A stretch of 64,000 nt of DNA from an uncultured Acidobacteriota bacterium (GTDB taxonomy: Bacteria; Acidobacteriota; UBA6911), in the NCBI GenBank assembly GCA_963809485.1, contig CAWEJX010000020.1, positions 896,001 to 960,000 on the forward strand, written 5' to 3'. Every line of letters begins with the position of its first letter. The first letter of the stretch is position 1. A program made the position numbers and the translations under genes. Below are positions 59,361 through 64,000 of this stretch, in pieces. Below the pieces are notes generated by a model. It was not told the DNA's origin. It did no database searches and worked only from the letters and a program-made list of their open reading frames with translations.

Positions 59361-62300
59361 GCGAACCGCAGACTGCAGGAAAACTTGCCCGGGCTTTCAT
59401 ACACTCGAAGCTAACCCCGCTGATTCTGGTGGCCTCAGTCCTGTTGGGTGTCGCGGCCGTCATCATGCTTCCCAGAGAAGAAGAGCCTCAGATCATTGTT
59501 CCGATGATCGACGTTATGGTTTCGTTCCCGGGCGCATCCGCCAAGGAGGTGGAGACACGGATTACCCGGCCTATGGAACAGCTTCTTTGGGAAATCCCCG
59601 GGGTTGAATATGTCTACAGCACCTCGAGCCCCGGTTCAAGCATGGCCATTGTCCGCTTCTACGTAGGGGAGGATGAGGAAAATAGCATCGTCCGGCTGAA
59701 CCAGAAGATGTTCGCAAATTTTGATCTGATACCGCCGGGCTGCTCGCAGCCGCTGATCAAGCCGCGCTCCATCGACGACGTCCCGTTCCTGGCCCTCACA
59801 CTCTGGAGTCCCGAGCTGGACGGCTACCAGCTGCGGCGCGCTGCGGCGGAGCTCCGAAACGAACTGCAGCAGATACCCGATATATCCGCGACCGAGCTCA
59901 TTGGCGGCCAGCGTCGCACGATGCTTGTGGAACCGGATCCGGTAAAGATGGCCGCCTATGGCATCAGCGCCACCCGGCTGCACGGCATCCTGCAGATGGA
60001 AAACCGCGAAACCCATGCCGGAATCGTTACTCAGGGGAATGAGGCCTTTTCCGTCCACCTCAGCGGGTTCTTTCGAAGCGCCGACGATGTCAACGCCCTG
60101 GTGGTAGGAGTGCAAGGCGGTGTCCCGGTATATCTGCGGGATGTTGCGAAGATCACGGATGGTCCCGAGGAGCCCGCGGATTATGTCTTTTTCTCGCCCG
60201 GCCCCGCCGCTGCGGCCAAAGGGATCCAAATTCCGGGCAAGGATCATCGTTCGGACGCGACTCTGAAGTCCGCAGCCCATATCGGCAGCGAGATGATGCC
60301 GGCAATCACCATTACGTTCGCCAAGCGAAAGGGCAAAAACGCCGTTGTGCTTGCGGAGCAGGTTTTGGAGAAGGCCGGCCATTTCCGTGCCCGAAACTTC
60401 CCTGCTTCGCTTCAAATGACGGTCACTCGGGATTACGGCGATACCGCGGCGGAGAAATCCAACGAACTGCTGCTCCATATGATGATCGCCGTCATATCGG
60501 TAACGATCCTGATCTGGCTGATCCTGGGTTTCAGGGAAGCCGGGGTGGTCGCCGTGGCGATTCCCGTAACGCTGGCTTTGACCCTCGTCGTTTTCCTTCT
60601 GTACGGCTACACGCTCAACCGCATCACCCTGTTTGCCCTCATCTTTTCCATCGGGATCCTGGTCGATGACGCCATCGTCGTCATTGAGAACATCGTCCGT
60701 CACAAACGCATGCCGCAAAACCGGGACCGGCGTTTTTCCGATGTCGCGGTGGAAGCGGTCGACGAGGTCGGCAACCCGACCATCCTGGCAACCTTTGCCG
60801 TAATTGCCGCCATCCTACCCATGGCTATGGTCCGGGGATTGATGGGCCCGTATATGCGCCCGATACCGGTGGGCGCTTCGGCGGCCATGATTTTTTCGCT
60901 GTTGGTGGCTTTTGTGATTACGCCTTGGGCGGCCCAGCGTTTTCTGCGTGGATCCCACAAAGGGCATGACGAAGGGGAGCAGGAAGACCTCACCACCCGG
61001 TTCTATCGCCGCTTCATGGGAGGTTTGCTGGCGCGCGACCGGAACCAATGGCTTTTTCTGGGGCTTGTGACTGTGCTGCTGATTGCAGCCTGCAGCATGG
61101 TTTATTTCAAACTCGTCGTCGTTAAAATGCTTCCTTTCGACAACAAGAGCGAGTTCCAGGTCATCGTCGATATGCCGGAAGGCACAAGCCTGGAGAAGAC
61201 AGCCGCCGCCACGCGCGCGCTTGCTGTCCGATTGAGCCAGATTCCGGAAATCACGGATTTCGAGACCTATGTGGGAACCGCGTCCCCCTACAATTTCAAC
61301 GGCCTGGTCCGGCATTACTACACCCGCCGGGGCGAGAATGTGGCCGACATCCAGGTCAACCTGACTCCCAAAGGAGACCGTTCGGATCAGAGCCACGCAA
61401 TTGCGCGCCGCGTGAGAGATTTGCTGCAACCCGTGGCTGCGCAACACGGGATCCGAATGAAAGTGGCGGAAGTGCCTCCCGGACCCCCGGTACTGCAAAC
61501 TCTGGTCGCCGAAGTTTACGGTCCCGATTATGACCGGCAGATCGAGCTGGCCCGGGAAATCAGGACCATGCTGGAAAAAACGCCCGGCGTCGTGGATGTC
61601 GACTGGTACGTTGAGGATCCTCAGCCTGAGATGCTGTTTCACTTTGACCGGCTCAAGGCGTCCATGGCCGGAGTTTCCATAGCCGAGGCTCAACAGGTCG
61701 TCGCGCTTTCGGTCAGCGGATCCCAGGCAGGCCTCCTGCACTTCCCGAAGGAAGCGGAGGATGTCCCGCTCCGCCTCCGTCTGCCTCTGGCCGACCGCTC
61801 CAGCATTGACGCCCTGAACAGGCTTCGCGTCGCTTCGGCTTCGGGCAAACTGGTTCCGCTGGGTGAACTTGGCCGCTGGGAGAAATCCGAGCGCGAACGG
61901 AATATTTACCACAAGAACCTGATGCCGGTGGTCTACGTGACGGCCGACGTTGCGGGCCGCGAGGAAAGCCCTGTTTACCCGATTCTAAATATGGACGAGC
62001 GGATCACAGCGATGCATCTGCCTGAGGGATACCGTCTCGAGACATACACGGCGCAGCAACCTTCGGAATCCGACCGCCTTGCCATGAAATGGGACGGCGA
62101 ATGGCACATAACCTACGAGGTCTTTCGCGATCTGGGCCTGGCCTTTGCCGCCGTGCTGGTGCTGATATACATCCTGGTTGTGGCCTGGTTCCAGAGCTTC
62201 AAAACTCCGCTGGTTATCATGGCCGCAATACCCTTTTCCCTGGTTGGAATTCTTCCCGGACACTGGGCCCTCGGAGCCTTTTTCACCGCGACCTCCATGA

Positions 62301-62638
62301 TCGGGTTCATTGCCGGAGCCGGGATCGTGGTGCGGAACTCGATCATTCTCGTGGATTTTATCGAGTTGCGCCTGAGCCTGGGCGAACCGCTCGCTCAGGC
62401 GGTTGTGGACGCGGGCGCCGTGCGCTTCCGCCCCATGATGCTTACGGCTGCGGCAGTTGTTGTAGGTTCGGCCGTAATCCTTTTTGATCCCATATTCCAG
62501 GGTCTGGCAATTTCGTTGATGGCGGGCGAAGTCGCTTCCCTGCTTCTCAGCAGAATGACCGTTCCGATATTATATTACCGGATGAAGCGATGGGAGATGG
62601 AGCATTCTCCTCTGCCGGTCTTTCCCGAAGGAGACTAA
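59357..62638 (+). CDS. RND efflux permease
   Basis: [43 protein letters not shown]. Confidence 0.95.
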   Translation: MSEPQTAGKLARAFIHSKLTPLILVASVLLGVAAVIMLPREEEPQIIVPMIDVMVSFPGASAKEVETRITRPMEQLLWEIPGVEYVYSTSSPGSSMAIVRFYVGEDEENSIVRLNQKMFANFDLIPPGCSQPLIKPRSIDDVPFLALTLWSPELDGYQLRRAAAELRNELQQIPDISATELIGGQRRTMLVEPDPVKMAAYGISATRLHGILQMENRETHAGIVTQGNEAFSVHLSGFFRSADDVNALVVGVQGGVPVYLRDVAKITDGPEEPADYVFFSPGPAAAAKGIQIPGKDHRSDATLKSAAHIGSEMMPAITITFAKRKGKNAVVLAEQVLEKAGHFRARNFPASLQMTVTRDYGDTAAEKSNELLLHMMIAVISVTILIWLILGFREAGVVAVAIPVTLALTLVVFLLYGYTLNRITLFALIFSIGILVDDAIVVIENIVRHKRMPQNRDRRFSDVAVEAVDEVGNPTILATFAVIAAILPMAMVRGLMGPYMRPIPVGASAAMIFSLLVAFVITPWAAQRFLRGSHKGHDEGEQEDLTTRFYRRFMGGLLARDRNQWLFLGLVTVLLIAACSMVYFKLVVVKMLPFDNKSEFQVIVDMPEGTSLEKTAAATRALAVRLSQIPEITDFETYVGTASPYNFNGLVRHYYTRRGENVADIQVNLTPKGDRSDQSHAIARRVRDLLQPVAAQHGIRMKVAEVPPGPPVLQTLVAEVYGPDYDRQIELAREIRTMLEKTPGVVDVDWYVEDPQPEMLFHFDRLKASMAGVSIAEAQQVVALSVSGSQAGLLHFPKEAEDVPLRLRLPLADRSSIDALNRLRVASASGKLVPLGELGRWEKSERERNIYHKNLMPVVYVTADVAGREESPVYPILNMDERITAMHLPEGYRLETYTAQQPSESDRLAMKWDGEWHITYEVFRDLGLAFAAVLVLIYILVVAWFQSFKTPLVIMAAIPFSLVGILPGHWALGAFFTATSMIGFIAGAGIVVRNSIILVDFIELRLSLGEPLAQAVVDAGAVRFRPMMLTAAAVVVGSAVILFDPIFQGLAISLMAGEVASLLLSRMTVPILYYRMKRWEMEHSPLPVFPEGD

Positions 62639-62639
62639 A

Positions 62640-62831
62640 ATGGCACTTGAAAGATGGATACGGCTGATCGCCGGAAGCTTTGTCCTGATCAGCCTCGCTC
62701 TTGCCCATTGGGTGAATCCCAACTGGCTCTGGTTCACGGCCTTCGTCGGCGCAAACCTGTTCCAGTCCTCGCTCACCCGATGGTGCCTGATGGAAAAAAT
62801 TCTCGCCAGACTGGGTGTGGGTAAAGCCTAG
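62640..62831 (+). CDS. DUF2892 (YgaP-like) membrane protein
   Basis: ERWIRLIAG, FVGANLFQS..T.WC. Confidence 0.9.
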   Translation: MALERWIRLIAGSFVLISLALAHWVNPNWLWFTAFVGANLFQSSLTRWCLMEKILARLGVGKA

Positions 62832-62860
62832 CGTTCGTGAGACTCGCGGCTGATTACAGG

Positions 62861-64000
62861 TCAGAAAATCTGAAGTGTGTAGGAGAACCGGATACCGCGG
62901 CCCATTTCCGGAGCAAGGTCTTTGATAAACGACAGGTGATTGCGGTACAGGCAGTCGGCCGCATTTAAGAGAGTCACCGAAAAAAGGTGAGCTGCATGGC
63001 TCCGCGCATAGGTGTAGGAAGCCTTCAGGCTAAAAACGGCATATCCGGCCGTAGGCGTTTCGGTCGGATAAATGCGCGACTGGCGCGCTGAAAGTCGTAT
63101 TTCCGGTTTCAGGCTGAATCCCTTGTAGCCGGCATCGAAGCCGACGCGGCCGCGCATGGGCGGGATGCGAGGCAACGGGGTGCTTCCCTGCACCAGCTCG
63201 GAACGTACTGCATCCAAACCGAGGTTAATCCAAAAGCCGGGGCGAATAGCGAAATCCAGAGTCGCCTCGCTTCCCGTGAAGCGGGCGTCCGCCTGCGAGT
63301 ATTCTGCAACCCGGAGTCCGTGGGACTCCTCTCCCGTAAACGCGAGGTACACGAAATCGTTTATGCGGTAATGAAAGAAGCTGGCCTCGGCATGGATGCG
63401 CCCCGTTTCGTGGCGCACGAGCAGGTCCAGTCCATGGGACGCCTCCCGCCGGAGCCCGGGATTGCCGATCTCATAGGCCAGATTGCCGACATGCGCCCCG
63501 TTGCTATACAGCTCTTCCAGGGCGGGAGCCCGGTGTGAGCGGGTGTAGTTGGCCACAAATGCGCCATTCTTCCAAAGGGGGACGTGAATTCCGGCCGCTG
63601 CGGAGAGACCGGTGAACGAACGTTCCGGCATACCATAGGGATTGTATCCGGTATGTTCTATGCGTCCGCCGAACTGCAGCCGCGCTTTCCTGAGATCCAG
63701 TTCCTCGAGGGCAAAAAGGGCGAAGGAGCCTGATGACACGGGCGGAGTGAGCGCTTCCTCGCCTCCGGCAAGATAATCCCGATAGGAACCCTGGAAACCA
63801 AGGCTTCCGGAAAGCGCCCCTTTTTTATCCTGCTCTAAGACACCGCGAAAACTCCAGAGTTTGTTATCGAATGCCGTAGCCACGGCCTCGTTTTCGAGCT
63901 CCTTGTGCATCCAGCGCACGTAGCTGGAACTGAATCGGAATCTTTCAAGAAAAGAACCGATGCCGCTCAATCCGGCGCCGAACTGCACATTCTGCCAGGT
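62861..64000 (-). CDS. TonB-dependent receptor (ZnuD-like), 3' part
   Basis: RAPALEELYSNGAH, GNPGL, LPRIPP, YRNHLS..KD.APEMGR, terminal F; runs off the window end. Confidence 0.9.
   Translation of the reverse strand, partial: TWQNVQFGAGLSGIGSFLERFRFSSSYVRWMHKELENEAVATAFDNKLWSFRGVLEQDKKGALSGSLGFQGSYRDYLAGGEEALTPPVSSGSFALFALEELDLRKARLQFGGRIEHTGYNPYGMPERSFTGLSAAAGIHVPLWKNGAFVANYTRSHRAPALEELYSNGAHVGNLAYEIGNPGLRREASHGLDLLVRHETGRIHAEASFFHYRINDFVYLAFTGEESHGLRVAEYSQADARFTGSEATLDFAIRPGFWINLGLDAVRSELVQGSTPLPRIPPMRGRVGFDAGYKGFSLKPEIRLSARQSRIYPTETPTAGYAVFSLKASYTYARSHAAHLFSVTLLNAADCLYRNHLSFIKDLAPEMGRGIRFSYTLQIF

Overview
A GC-rich bacterial chromosomal window; gene content suggests an anaerobe, possibly Acidobacteriota-like (inference only). 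Bases 1-13 kb are housekeeping: the end of a dcw cluster (murD-ftsW-murC-ftsQ-ftsA-ftsZ, with no murG between ftsW and murC), a PlpD-like patatin autotransporter, a rhomboid protease, rph-rdgB and tRNA-Pro(TGG). The remaining ~51 kb is accessory and dominated by metal-cofactor and sulfur/selenium redox functions: an AOR-family W/Mo enzyme with a Tat-signal Fe-S partner, modABC with a divergent HTH-PBP regulator, a xanthine-dehydrogenase-family subunit, and an ArsR/rhodanese/RND/DUF2892 operon. Main findings: (1) two exported selenoproteins hidden from the ORF track by in-frame UGA codons, each followed by a SECIS-like hairpin (a ~600-aa UGSC-motif protein and a rhodanese with Sec at the catalytic position); (2) a ~18-kb same-strand locus (33.4-51.2 kb) with a Gate-domain membrane protein, DUF2117, two TonB receptors, two paralogous diheme/sulfite-oxidase-fold proteins lacking the Mo-ligating Cys, an ABC importer broken by an ISAzo13, a radical SAM enzyme and an apparently exported methyltransferase, with a shared promoter motif at three points; this is the best candidate for an undescribed metal-cofactor uptake/modification system; (3) three copies of a ~402-bp non-coding element with IS200/IS605-type terminal hairpins around a long nested palindrome, plus a diverged partial copy; (4) many inverted 7-8-mer tandem arrays between genes. 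Several single-base frameshifts may be sequencing errors. All family assignments are from motif recognition by eye; no searches were run.
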